DNA of 64,000 nucleotides from Eledone cirrhosa (GCA_964016885.1 OZ024748.1:33108001-33172000), one strand, 5' to 3'; positions 1 to 13,793 are shown, numbered from the stretch's first letter. Notes: generated by a model from the sequence alone, not told the origin. Translations and numbers: made by a program.

Positions 1-99
1 ATGTATATATATATATTCTACATAGAGTATATATAATACATATATAGTGTATATATATGTTCTACATAGAGTATATATAATACATATATAGTGTATATT

Positions 100-850
100 A
101 TATATAGAGTTATAAACTAAAATAGTCTTTTACAATTAATTAGCTCAAAGAAAGTAATATTTCTGAGCCGTGTAATACAAATGAATATATGATAGGGATA
201 AACACTGATACAAGTATACATGTGTTTGTATTGCAAATGACCAAGTTAGCTAGATTGAAAAATACTAATTAAAATAATACAGTTTACCTGTCTCGATTTA
301 AAATAATAAATCAATAAAAACAAAACTATATTGGCAAAAGCCGTGATACCTGGACAAATTTAAATTTCAAACTTCAAATTTGTTTCACAACGATTAAGTG
401 AAAGTTCCTATTTCTGTGCTCTTCTGCAGGTATCCAGAAATTGGTAAGTTTCACTTCAAAATACTCATGAAGACTGAGAGATATGTGTTTTTTAACGCAC
501 ATGTGTCACAGCGTCTAACGCGTCCTATATTCGTGCCGCTAAAAATAGCAGCCGGTTTTATAGAACTGAAATTAGCTCAACGGATGGAGCCGTAAATATT
601 ATATAGAGAGTTATAAACTCAAATAGTCTTTTACAATTAATTAGCTGAAAGAAAGGAATATTTCAATCTAGCTAACTTGGTCATTTGCAATACGAACACA
701 TGTATACTCGTATCAGTGTTTATCCCTATCATATATTCATTTGTATTACACGGCTCAGAAATATTCCTTTCTTTGAGCTAATTGGTCATTTGAAATACGA
801 ACACATGTAAACTCGTATCTGTGTTTATCCCTATCATATATTCATTTGTA
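100..850. repeat. Unclassified fold-back repeat between (TA)-rich tracts
   Basis: ~100-262 recurs inverted at ~664-850 (e.g. atatgatagggataaacactgatac / gtatcagtgtttatccctatcatat). ~100-165 recurs directly at ~600-665. Confidence 0.7.
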
Positions 851-879
851 TATACAGTATATATACATATTGTACACAG

Positions 880-1345
880 TTGGTGCTACTGGTCACCAGT
901 TGGTGCTACTGGTAACATGTATCCCAGTACAACCTGTCTCATGGTTGAGTCGTTGGCGACTAAACTGGCAACCCCACCAAGGTTTCTTGGTGAGGAGGGT
1001 GACTTTGGACATTCTGCAGGACTAAAAACAGAACTTGTCAAAGGGCAAAGGACCTCTTAAGAGTCAATGGCCATCCAAAATCACCGGGAGAGATGACCCC
1101 TTAGCCTTTGTCAAGGCAGAATTCTAAGAGAAGGAAAACTCTGATATAACACCTGCAACCCTGATGGTATCCAATGATGTTGACTTGTTCTTCTTTTTGG
1201 TAAATATCATCTTGGTCAAGAGAGTGGGACTGGCTTTGTGCAGTGCCTTTGCTCACTATAAAAGCTTCACGGCACAGGCATTGCTTTATATCTGGAGATT
1301 TCTCTGCACTTGTCGTCACATGGTACCATGGGCCCAGCACTATGT
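880..1345 (+). mobile_element. Unclassified interspersed repeat (~460 bp), copy 1
   Basis: Near-identical inverted copy at ~26895-27355, with the same spurious 79-aa ORF MLGPWYHVTTSAE in both. A diverged relative lies at ~36200-36450. Confidence 0.8.
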
Positions 1346-2015
1346 GACAATAATTGTAACTGTAAAACTAGAAACGTAGTCTATAGCATAAGATGTACAG
1401 AGGGTACTTGCAGAAACATGACAACAACATACATAGACGAGACAGCTCGTAGCATAGGTGAAAGGATAGACCAACACTGGGGGGAACTAAAAGGACGAAA
1501 AAAATGGGTCAGTACTATACGAACATGCCAGACAACAACACGACGGTAACATAGACAACATAGAAATTAGAATAATATCTAAACATAGAAATGACCCAGC
1601 AAATAAGAGAGGCCAGTGAAATAGAACTTAGAAGGCCAAGGCTAAACAGAAAGAATGAATGGAATAACAACAACACCCAAACAAACAACACTGACCTAAG
1701 AGAAGTATAAATAAATAGATAAATATATAAATAAATACATACACAAGCACAATAACAACAAACACATATAAACACACACTAGTAAAGATAGAATAGATTA
1801 ACCAATACACAGTCACCCAATCACGAACACACATCAAACAAAACACTATACACACACGCAAACGCATGCGCAAAGAAGACAAAATAAAATAAACAAATAA
1901 ATAAATATATAAACAGACTAAATAAAGATGGCGTAGAAAATACAATGTAACGGGAGGAAACAATAGCACCACTGACGATGTTGCAGATGTGCAACGAAAG
2001 ATTTATGATAAACAA
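1335..2015 (+). mobile_element. Penelope-like element 3' fragment (degenerate GIY-YIG endonuclease plus pLTR with HHR-like core)
   Basis: ORF 1310-1549 NCKTRNVVYSIRC...YIDETARSIGERIDQH fits a PLE GIY-YIG domain. CTGACGA-T-GTTGCA(GATG)TGCAAC-GAAA at 1972-1999. Related to 43230-44240. Confidence 0.8.
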
Positions 2016-2214
2016 TATATATGTGTTTGTGTCTATATTGTATCTGTATTATTTTTGACCGCTGGTCAGTCAATGGCAACATTGAAGACCGAATAAATTA
2101 GATTACCGATATAAAAGACACAGAAGCGAAAAGCAAAAACCAACGAAACAGTGAATGTGTTCTGTTATTAATTCTGGCAATATTACACAAATATGACCCT
2201 CCCCAAGTATAACA

Positions 2215-2269
<55 letters not shown>

Positions 2270-2389
2270 TATAGACATAGAATATTCGAAAATATTCTGT
2301 ATGTTTATAATAAACATTTTGAAGACCTAATCGCTATAGAATAGAATACGTCACGTATTACAATTAGATTCTCGACAAAAGCAAGGGAA

Positions 2390-2432
2390 GTAATCTACGC
2401 GTTTCATTCTTATTAGAAATCTTCAGGACTAC
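2390..2432 (-). ncRNA. Type I minimal hammerhead ribozyme (also starting at 2700, 3010, 3320, minus strand)
   Basis: Reverse complement is GUAGUC CUGAAGA U-UUCU-AAUA-AGAA-U GAAAC GC GUA GAUUAC. Confidence 0.88.
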
Positions 2433-3788
2433 ATATCCAGTGCTTTTATCGAGAATGACACAGCTAGAGACTTATAGAATACTTAGCTGTGTACATGAAC
2501 TGGTTTGAAAGAGCGGTTGCCGGTCCGGCAGAAATTAGAAATTGGAATAAATGCTCTGAAATAGCGATATATATGTGAATATAGACATAGAATATTCGAA
2601 AATATTCTGTATGTTTATAATAAACATTTTGAAGACCTAATCGCTATAGAATAGAATACGTCACGTATTACAATTAGATTCTCGACAAAAGCAAGGGAAG
2701 TAATCTACGCGTTTCATTCTTATTAGAAATCTTCAGGACTACATATCCAGTGCTTTTATCGAGAATGACACAGCTAGAGACTTATAGAATACTTAGCTGT
2801 GTACATGAACTGGTTTGAAAGAGCGGTTGCCGGTCCGGCAGAAATTAGAAATTGGAATAAATGCTCTGAAATAGCGATATATATGTGAATATAGACATAG
2901 AATATTCGAAAATATTCTGTATGTTTATAATAAACATTTTGAAGACCTAATCGCTATAGAATAGAATACGTCACGTATTACAATTAGATTCTCGACAAAA
3001 GCAAGGGAAGTAATCTACGCGTTTCATTCTTATTAGAAATCTTCAGGACTACATATCCAGTGCTTTTATCGAGAATGACACAGCTAGAGACTTATAGAAT
3101 ACTTAGCTGTGTACATGAACTGGTTTGAAAGAGCGGTTGCCGGTCCGGCAGAAATTAGAAATTGGAATAAATGCTCTGAAATAGCGATATATATGTGAAT
3201 ATAGACATAGAATATTCGAAAATATTCTGTATGTTTATAATAAACATTTTGAAGACCTAATCGCTATAGAATAGAATACGTCACGTATTACAATTAGATT
3301 CTCGACAAAAGCAAGGGAAGTAATCTACGCGTTTCATTCTTATTAGAAATCTTCAGGACTACATATCCAGTGCTTTTATCGAGAATGACACAGCTAGAGA
3401 CTTATAGAATACTTAGCTGTGTACATGAACTGGTTTGAAAGAGCGGTTGCCGGTCCGGCAGAAATTAGAAATTGGAATAAATGCTCTGAAATAGCGATAT
3501 ATATGTGAATATAGACATAGAATATTCGAAAATATTCTGTATGTTTATAATAAACATTTTGAAGACCTAATCGCTATAGAATAGAATACGTCACGTATTA
3601 CAATTAGATTCTCGAATATTTTCGAATATTCTATGTCTATATTCACATATATATCGCTATTTCAGAGCATTTATTCCAATTTCTAATTTCTGCCGGACCG
3701 GCAACCGCTCTTTCAAACCAGTTCATGTACACAGCTAAGTATTCTATAAGTCTCTAGCTGTGTCATTCTCGATAAAAGCACTGGATAT

Positions 3789-3831
3789 GTAGTCCTGAAG
3801 ATTTCTAATAAGAATGAAACGCGTAGATTAC
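3789..3831 (+). ncRNA. Type I minimal hammerhead ribozyme (also starting at 4099, 4409, 4719, 5029, 5339, 5649)
   Basis: Stem I GUAGUC/GAUUAC; core CUGAAGA...GAAA; stem II UUCU/AGAA; palindromic stem III ACGCGU; predicted cleavage after GUA (3825). Confidence 0.88.
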
Positions 3832-5844
3832 TTCCCTTGCTTTTGTCGAGAATCTAATTGTAATACGTGACGTATTCTATTCTATAGCGATTAGGTCTTC
3901 AAAATGTTTATTATAAACATACAGAATATTTTCGAATATTCTATGTCTATATTCACATATATATCGCTATTTCAGAGCATTTATTCCAATTTCTAATTTC
4001 TGCCGGACCGGCAACCGCTCTTTCAAACCAGTTCATGTACACAGCTAAGTATTCTATAAGTCTCTAGCTGTGTCATTCTCGATAAAAGCACTGGATATGT
4101 AGTCCTGAAGATTTCTAATAAGAATGAAACGCGTAGATTACTTCCCTTGCTTTTGTCGAGAATCTAATTGTAATACGTGACGTATTCTATTCTATAGCGA
4201 TTAGGTCTTCAAAATGTTTATTATAAACATACAGAATATTTTCGAATATTCTATGTCTATATTCACATATATATCGCTATTTCAGAGCATTTATTCCAAT
4301 TTCTAATTTCTGCCGGACCGGCAACCGCTCTTTCAAACCAGTTCATGTACACAGCTAAGTATTCTATAAGTCTCTAGCTGTGTCATTCTCGATAAAAGCA
4401 CTGGATATGTAGTCCTGAAGATTTCTAATAAGAATGAAACGCGTAGATTACTTCCCTTGCTTTTGTCGAGAATCTAATTGTAATACGTGACGTATTCTAT
4501 TCTATAGCGATTAGGTCTTCAAAATGTTTATTATAAACATACAGAATATTTTCGAATATTCTATGTCTATATTCACATATATATCGCTATTTCAGAGCAT
4601 TTATTCCAATTTCTAATTTCTGCCGGACCGGCAACCGCTCTTTCAAACCAGTTCATGTACACAGCTAAGTATTCTATAAGTCTCTAGCTGTGTCATTCTC
4701 GATAAAAGCACTGGATATGTAGTCCTGAAGATTTCTAATAAGAATGAAACGCGTAGATTACTTCCCTTGCTTTTGTCGAGAATCTAATTGTAATACGTGA
4801 CGTATTCTATTCTATAGCGATTAGGTCTTCAAAATGTTTATTATAAACATACAGAATATTTTCGAATATTCTATGTCTATATTCACATATATATCGCTAT
4901 TTCAGAGCATTTATTCCAATTTCTAATTTCTGCCGGACCGGCAACCGCTCTTTCAAACCAGTTCATGTACACAGCTAAGTATTCTATAAGTCTCTAGCTG
5001 TGTCATTCTCGATAAAAGCACTGGATATGTAGTCCTGAAGATTTCTAATAAGAATGAAACGCGTAGATTACTTCCCTTGCTTTTGTCGAGAATCTAATTG
5101 TAATACGTGACGTATTCTATTCTATAGCGATTAGGTCTTCAAAATGTTTATTATAAACATACAGAATATTTTCGAATATTCTATGTCTATATTCACATAT
5201 ATATCGCTATTTCAGAGCATTTATTCCAATTTCTAATTTCTGCCGGACCGGCAACCGCTCTTTCAAACCAGTTCATGTACACAGCTAAGTATTCTATAAG
5301 TCTCTAGCTGTGTCATTCTCGATAAAAGCACTGGATATGTAGTCCTGAAGATTTCTAATAAGAATGAAACGCGTAGATTACTTCCCTTGCTTTTGTCGAG
5401 AATCTAATTGTAATACGTGACGTATTCTATTCTATAGCGATTAGGTCTTCAAAATGTTTATTATAAACATACAGAATATTTTCGAATATTCTATGTCTAT
5501 ATTCACATATATATCGCTATTTCAGAGCATTTATTCCAATTTCTAATTTCTGCCGGACCGGCAACCGCTCTTTCAAACCAGTTCATGTACACAGCTAAGT
5601 ATTCTATAAGTCTCTAGCTGTGTCATTCTCGATAAAAGCACTGGATATGTAGTCCTGAAGATTTCTAATAAGAATGAAACGCGTAGATTACTTCCCTTGC
5701 TTTTGTCGAGAATCTAATTGTAATACGTGACGTATTCTATTCTATAGCGATTAGGTCTTCAAAATGTTTATTATAAACATACAGAATATTTTCGAATATT
5801 CTATGTCTATATTCACATATATATCGCTATTTCAGAGCATTTAT

Positions 5845-5875
<31 letters not shown>

Positions 5876-5879
<4 letters not shown>

Positions 5880-8432
5880 TTTAATTCCCCGACATCAGTC
5901 TTATACTGTCATATCCATTCTTACTTTACAAATGTGTCTACTAAGAGTTCCATTACAATCTGTAGTAGTAAAACTACTATTTCACCAGAACATCTGCTAT
6001 CAGTCATTTATAGACAATATATATATTTTAGACCACATATCAACCTAATATATATATATATTTCCTATCAAATCTGTAGCTAAAGACATAAAGTCAGCCT
6101 CACTACTTCATTCTGACAAGATATCAATTTATTACTAAAGATGAAGAAGATACACCAACGTTAATGTCGTGAAATAAAGCTGATAACATCTTTGAAACTT
6201 CTAAATTGATAACAAAGAGATTATTTCTTTGGTTGTTTAGTAAAAACTAACAACACAACACATTGATTATATCTGAAGGAGGTAAGTTGACAAGGATTTA
6301 CTTAATGTCTATATTAATGTGTGTAAATAATATAATTATGTGAACCCTACAACGATCCAGTAATTATATACAAGTGAAAATATATATAACAACATTAGAA
6401 AAATATATTTCTTCCTCCACTTTTATATATAGAAAAAAAACTTCCAAACTGAAATTTTGATGTGTTATTTTTCAATCACCAGATTCCACTGTTACATGTG
6501 ATATAAAATATATTGTTATCATGACTGTCTTTATTATTTAAAACACCTCCGTCTATATTTCAACCATTGGAACAACCTCAAAAAAGAAACAGTTGCCGCA
6601 CCCTCAGTCAACATTTTAATGTCAAAAATCGAAATAAATATTATGAGTGTATATAGATAGATGGGCACTACAACGGAATTGGCTGTCACAAGTGAAAGTA
6701 GAAGAATGTGACGTCATTCGTCAACCTTCTCAATCGTCAAACCTTCGTTTATTTCCGTATCACCACCACCATGTGTAAATAAATAAACTTTGAAATCACC
6801 ACGTTGATGCATAGTCATAGTTATCAAATTAGAAAACAAATGAAGTTCATGGGGCCGACACTACCGACTTTCTTAAAAGAAAAACAATTTAACGCGGGTA
6901 ACTTCAAGATAACCTTGTTTTGTAATACTGGCAGAAATTGAAGAAAATTTCCCCCATTGAGATTCTTAGCGGGTAAAAATTATTTATGGATGGTTGATAC
7001 TCAGCTGCCAGCTGCCACGAACACAGAAAAAAGGAATTAGTATATAAAGTCCTTGACGATTGCTTGTGCTTTCGAAATATTTAAAATTCTCTATATAATT
7101 TCCTTTTTATCACGTCTGAAGCAGTAACGCTTCGAATATTTCAATAAATATTAACGAGTTACTCCCGTTTTCGTTCTTTCTTTTTTTAATGAGGTAGAGG
7201 GTATAAGATTTGCCTGCTATTTCTAGCAACTTCAATGACCACATAATTGGTTTGTAATTTTGTTTTAAAGTGTAAGGGTTTACACAGCCATTTATGAATT
7301 TCTAAGAGATACGTTTACGATGAGATACACTTATTAAAAATACTTTCATTGCATAGTTCCGTTCGTAAAGGCTTTACTGTACTACTCGGGAACCTTTTAA
7401 TAACATACAGGATTAAGTCCATGTTTTTTCAACCAATTAATGGTATCTGCTGTAGTAGCGGTAGCGATGATTAATTCCATTTACGCTGTAGAATTCATAT
7501 TTTTCAAGTTGCAAATACGTGTATTATCCCAAAGTGTAAAAACCAAATTTTGCATCAACGTAGTGATTTCAAAGTTTATTTATTTACACATGGTGGTGGT
7601 GGTGATACGGAAATAAACGAAGGTTTGACGATTGAGAATGTTGACGAATGACGTCAGATTGACGTCACATTCTTCTACTTTCACTTCTGACAGCCTCCCT
7701 TATAGTGCCAACTATATTGTATAATGTGAGGTAGTGAACCACATAATTAAATAGACGGAGGTAATTTAAATAATATAAATATCTTTAATTTACTTAAAGC
7801 AATAACAAGGTACAGCTAAATATAAAATATATTTTATAATGTAAGGTAGTGAACAAGATAATTAAATAGACGGAGGTAATTAAATAATAAAGACAGCCAT
7901 GATAACAATATATTTTATATCACATGTAATAGTGGAATCTGGTTAATTACTGGATCGTTGTAGGGTTCACATAATTATATTATTTACACACATTAATATA
8001 GACATTAAGTAAATCTTTGTCAACTTACCTCCTTCTCATATAATCAATGTGTTGTGTTGTTAGTTTTTACTGAACAAAGATATAATGTCTTTGTTATGAA
8101 ATTAGAAGTTTCAAAGATGTTATCGGCTTTATTTCACGACATTAACGTTGGTGTATCTTCTTCATCTTTAGTCATAAATTGATATCTTGTCAGAATAAAG
8201 TAGTTAGGCTGACTTTATGTCTTTAGCTACAGATTTGATAGGATATATATATATATATATTAGGTTGATATGTGGGCTAAAATAAATATATTGTCTATAA
8301 ATGACTGATAGCAGATGTTCTGGTGAAATAGTAGTTTTACTACTACAGATTGTAATGGAACTCTTAGTAGACACAATTGTAAAGTAAGAATAGATATGAC
8401 AGTGTAAGACCGATGTCAGGGAATTAAAATTG
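5876..8432. mobile_element. Unclassified fold-back element with long imperfect inverted arms, in (TA)n
   Basis: ~5878-6375 pairs with ~7945-8432, ~6480-6545 with ~7878-7942, and ~6680-6810 with ~7555-7690. A terminal fragment recurs at ~13840-13972. Confidence 0.8.
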
Positions 8433-8449
8433 TGTGTATATATATATAT

Positions 8450-8670
8450 AATTGTTTCACAAGATACAATTAGATTAATTAAAGTTATAATTGTTTCTAC
8501 TTTAGGCACAAGGCCAGCAATTACCCAGTGCACTACTGGTACTTTATTTTATCGACCCCGTAAGGATGAAAGGCAAAGTCAACCTCGGCGGGATTTGAAC
8601 TCAGATCGTAAAGGGACGTAACTATGCTGGAAAGCATGGCGTCCGACCCTCTACCGATACTGCCAATTCA
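8450..8670 (-). mobile_element. tRNA-derived SINE family A
   Basis: Head GGCAGTATCGGTAGAG, B-box-like GAGTTCAAATCCC, core ctttgcctttcatccttacggggtcgataaaat. Several copies in the window. Confidence 0.8.
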
Positions 8671-9011
8671 CAATCAAGACAGCAGATACTCGGTGTCGTT
8701 GGGAATGTTTCAACTCTCGTTCCGGTGTCATACATTAAAAGTCCCTGGTATAATTTAATACCTTCAGACACAGTTCTAATCGTATTTAATTGATGGTATA
8801 TCAGAAAGTATCACTCAGTAAAATATCAATTATACACCAATAATAAAACCTCTACGTAGTCTCTCTAACTGGTAGTAATAGCAGTGATATTATCCATTAC
8901 AACTTAGTTTTTTGTTTAAACTCTCCCAAGTTTAGGTATACAATCAACAGTAAATCTTTTGTACAGACTTCGGAATAAACTGGAAGACCGTCAGAATATC
9001 ATTCTCCATCT

Positions 9012-9040
<29 letters not shown>

Positions 9041-9044
<4 letters not shown>

Positions 9045-12000
9045 GATATTAATAAATGGAAACTATATTTATAAAACCATATTTATTTCATTATACATAT
9101 TTCAGGGATACCACATTAAATTATGGTATGCCTTCATCAGACAAAATACAATATATAACAGATTTACAAATAGCTTTGACGTACCCTTTTAAAATACAAC
9201 CATTACTTTTGGAGGCTCTCTGGATAGTTTACATTGTTTTAATAAGTCATAGTGTTAAGCACAATTAGAAAAAGACGAAGAGAAAGAAAAAGAAAAAGAC
9301 GGAGAGAGAGAAAAGAACAAAGACGGAGAGAGAGAAAGAAAGAGAAAGAAAACCTGGAGAAATATCGGAGAGAGAGAGAAATGTATGTCGAAAAGAAAGA
9401 GATAAATAAAGATAGGAGGAAATAAAAAATAAAAAATAAAAAAGAAAGAAAAGGAAGAAATAAGAAAAACAAATGCAACAGAAAGATATCAAGTCATCAT
9501 ACAGAGAGAAAAACTCTAATAAAAATATATTTGATGAAAAATCGCAGTATTACAACGAAGCGTTAGGTAGAGCTGGATATAGAAATAAAATTAAATACAT
9601 CGATAATAATAATAATAAGCAAACTAACCAAAATAATAACAATTTCAATTACGGTAACAACTTTAACAACTATAATAGAAAACATTACAATAATTCCAAA
9701 AGCCGAAAAAGAAATAGAACTAGAAATGTATTATGGTTTGCTCCCCCTTTCTCTCTAAATATTAAAACCCCTATTGCTAAACTATTCTTTAAAGCTCTTG
9801 ACACACGCTTCCCTAGAACACATAAATATTACTCAATTTAAAATTAACTTACTCGTCCACCAAAAATTTAGCACAAAATATTAATAGAATTAATAATAGG
9901 AATTTAAAACCTAACCAAAATACCAATAATAACCCAAACAATATTCAATTAAATAACTGTAACTGTAGAAATAAATCTAACTGTCCGTTAAATAACAACT
10001 GCTTAGCTAAAAATGTAGTGTACAATTGTAATGTTAAAACTAATTTAAATTCATTTAACTATGTTGGTTCCACCTCTACAGAATTTAAATTTCGCTTCAT
10101 AAGAATTCTTTCACAGATCCAAACAAGAGATCTTCAACTTCGCTATCTAGCCTACTATGGGAGCTAAAACGAGATAATATTAAATATTCGATGAATTGGA
10201 ATATTATTTCAGAAGCTACTCCTTTTAATTCCTCTTTGTGGTCTTTGTATTGAAGAAATATTCTTTATATTAAAGTCCAAATCCCTTAATTTAAGGAACA
10301 ATTTATTCAGTTGCTGCAGACATAGATTGAACTCAACGTTTAAATATAAATATAAATTTAAAATGTAGTATTATTAATTAAGTAATTTTAGTTAATATAT
10401 GGAACCTGTCGATAAATCATTAGATTCCTTCAACTTTTTCTTTTTAAACTTTCTTCCTAAATATAAACAAGGATATAATAAACTACTCTAAAATGTCTAT
10501 ACTTCCAATGTATTAAATAAAATATACGTAAGGTAAATTTCTATACTAAATATAAGGTTATCTGTAGAATCATTGGGTTTTTAAATCTTTTAAATTATTT
10601 TTATTGATTTGTTTTGATTATAATAGCTTCTCATAACTTTCATAAGTCTACCCTTTCAATATCTTGATTGAGATACACGTAGGATAAATTTCTATACTAA
10701 ATATATAAAACATATTATTTTAACTTAAGATACTCTATAGTGTTTTAAAGATATTTAATGCTTTGATATTTCTAGATTTCTTTTGTCTATACTGATATAG
10801 TTACATTTCCAAAATATATTCCTTTGGTATTTTAAATTTATATTGTTATGGTTATATTTACAAGTTATAATCCTTTAGCAATATATTGATATTTGATTAT
10901 CTCTATACAAATGCATATGTGTATATTAACATGCATAAAAGATCTTATAGGTTTTTTGTGTCTATATATGTCTGTATATATACATGAGCGATGCGTGACG
11001 ACGCACGCAAATATTTATTTATACATATGTATGTGTATATATGTATGTGTATATATCTATGTGGTTGAGAGGTATGTTGGAGATATGCATAATATTAACC
11101 ACATGAATGGTAATCGTATATATGAGGACTTGAATGTTAATCGTATATATTTGTATATATATACTGTGAAGTTTTTATAACACAAGGAATGTATAGCAGT
11201 GATTAAGAGAATTCATTTACGTTTTGTATGGCTATATTGTTGGCTTGAGTAAACATAATTTCTATTTTCAGGACGTGCGTATCTATGTATATATATATAC
11301 ATATATATTTGTATGTCGTTGCATAAAATACTGATCTCTATAGCAAGGGTACATTTTGAACTCAGATTTTGGTATATTGATCTCAAGTTTCTAAACTAAA
11401 CATATAGTCATTATTGAACAATGTTTAATTTCTCATATTATATATCTATGTCCCATTCATGAATATTGATACTTATATTTTTATTATTCATTTCATATAA
11501 ATTGTTAACTCAACTTAATATGACATGACGTAAAGTTGTCATTGTCCCCCCCCCCCTCTCTCTATATAATATTTCTCTCTCTTGAGTTTTTCTCTCTGTA
11601 TGATGACTTGATTTCTTTCTGTTGCATTTGTTTTTCTTATCTCTTCCTTTTCTTTCTTTTTTCTTTTTTCTTTTTTATTTCCTCCTATCTTTATTTATCT
11701 CTTTCTTTTCGACATACATTTCTCTCTCTCTCCGATATTTCTCCAGGTTTTCTTTCTCTTTCTTTCTCTCTCTCCGTCTTTGTTCTTTTCTCTCTCTCAG
11801 TCTTTTTCTTTTTCTTTCTCTCCGTCTTTTTCTAATTGTGCTTAACACTATGACTTATTAAAATAATGTAAACAAATCACTATCCAGACAGCCTCCAAAA
11901 GTAATGGTTGTATTTTAAAAGGGTACGTCAAAGCTATTTGTAAAACTGTTATATATTGTATTTTGTCTGATGAAGGCATACCATAATTTAATGTGGTATC

Positions 12001-12067
12001 CCTGAAATATGTATAATGAAATAAATATGGTTTTATAAATATAGTTTCCATTTATTAATATCGTATA
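9041..12067 (+). mobile_element. Degenerate Penelope-like element with inverted ~480-bp terminal repeats
   Basis: 9041-9516 is the reverse complement of 11584-12067. Internal 9520-10330 encodes YYNEALGRAGY...RNVLWFAPPFS...CNCRNKSNCPLNNNCLAKNVVY...YVGST (PLE linker plus GIY-YIG), frameshifted. Confidence 0.85.
11963..12016 (+). ncRNA. Hammerhead-like core in PLE terminal repeat (mirror copy 9091-9144 minus; diverged relative ~17750-17800 minus)
   Basis: CUGAUGA, long stem II AGG(C)AUACCAUA/UGUGGUAU(C)CCU, then GAAA. The stem I/III register is imperfect, so it is probably decayed. Confidence 0.6.
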
Positions 12068-12151
12068 TCTACTCCAAAAACTTGTCGAGTGCTTTATATC
12101 AGTTATAAAAATATTTACTTGTTGTATCCCAACAACTTTAAATAGAACTTT

Positions 12152-12194
<43 letters not shown>

Positions 12195-12324
12195 TTAGGT
12201 TTGTTGGTTCACCACTGGATAGAACTGGTCATTCCGTATAGTCAACCTTGATGTAATATTAGGGAGAGCATTCGGCGTAATCCTATATTTCGGGTTATTG
12301 TTATCATGACTGTCTTTATTATTT

Positions 12325-12770
12325 GGCAGTATCGGTAGAGAGTTTAACACCATGTTTTCCAGCAGAGTTACGTCCCTTTACGGTCTGAGTTCAAATCCCG
12401 TCGAGGTTAACTTTGCCTTTCATCCTTACGGGGTCGATAAAATAAAGTGCCAGTAATGCACTGTGTAATTGCTGACTTTATGCCAAAAGTAGAAACAATT
12501 ATTTAAAATACCTTGGGCAATGGATTGGCAGTATTGGTAGAGGGTCAGACGCCATGCTTTGAAGCATAGATTTACCTCCCTTTATGATGTGAGTTGAAAT
12601 ACCGCCGAGGTTAACTTTGCCTTTCATCCTTACGCGGTCGATAAAATAAATTACCAGTCACGCACTGGGGTTGATTTAATCGACTTTCCCCTCCCCCCAA
12701 ATTGCAGGCCTTGTGCCTATATAAGAAACCATTATAACTTAAATTAATCTAATTATATCGCTTGTGTAAC

Positions 12771-12778
<8 letters not shown>
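12325..12778 (+). mobile_element. Two tandem copies of tRNA-derived SINE family A
   Basis: Heads at ~12325 and ~12527, with the same core as 8450-8670. Confidence 0.8.
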
Positions 12779-12820
<42 letters not shown>

Positions 12821-13793
12821 GGTCCTAGGCAGAACGAAAATCCTGTTGAAAAACTGAATCCTCCGTTCGATCATGAATACCACGAGCTTGCCAGTCATGT
12901 AAGTCTAATATTTGATTTCGGATTCAAAGAAACACTTTAAACGATTAATCGTTTGATTTGTCCAGGTGTATTTTTCTTAACCTGATTAGTTCTATCGTTA
13001 CTTTGGTCTATATTGTGTGTTAGATTCGCCTACCACAATGTTCGATTTGTCAAGCTATTTAAACGTATGTTATTACTCTAAGGCCACAACTTATCGAGTG
13101 CTTTGCTAACTCATCATTTCATATAAGTAGGCCGAATTTACTTGCAAACCGCCAGAGATTCGATTTTACTATTGTCCAATTATATTATTCTCCTAGATTT
13201 AATAATTAACTAATTAATTTAATTAGACAATTCTGTTGATTGGTTAATTATTTATATTTGTTTTATGGCATCTAGTTGAGAGCTTATCATGATGATTAGC
13301 GGAAATTAAAATATTTCCTTTGTCTAACATTTTGAATGATCCGCCAAAAACCGGGGGTTATTTCCCTTGCCGGAATTAACACGTGACAGCTATAGATACG
13401 ATACGCAGCATATATATAGCAGCAACATATCACTTCGGTCCTAGGCAGAACGAAAATCCTGTTGAAAAACTGAATCCTCCGTTCGATCATGAATACCACG
13501 AGCTTGCCAGTCATGTAAGTCTAATATTTGATTTCGGATTCAAAGAAACACTTTAAACGATTAATCGTTTGATTTGTCCAGGTGTAATTTTCTCAACCTG
13601 ATTAGTTCTATCGTTACTTTGGTCCATATTGTGTGTTAGATTCGCCTACCACAATGTTCGATTTGTCAAGCTATTTAAACGTAGGTTGTTACTCTAAGGC
13701 CACAACTTATCGAGTGCTTTGCTAACTCATCATTTCATATAAGTAGGCCGAATTTACTTGCAAGCCGCCAGAGATTCGATTTTACTATTTTCC

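Larger units (their letters stand above)
2266..5850. mobile_element. Retrozyme-like array 1: 310-bp tandem unit, ~4.35 copies then ~7.2 inverted copies, flanked by (TA)n
   Basis: atagacatag recurs at 2271, 2581, 2891, 3201 and 3511. Orientation flips at 3614-3615. One hammerhead per full unit. Confidence 0.92.

Noticed and set aside
2266-5850. CRISPR-like or rDNA/5S tandem array
   Set aside because: There are no unique spacers and no rRNA similarity; the whole unit repeats.
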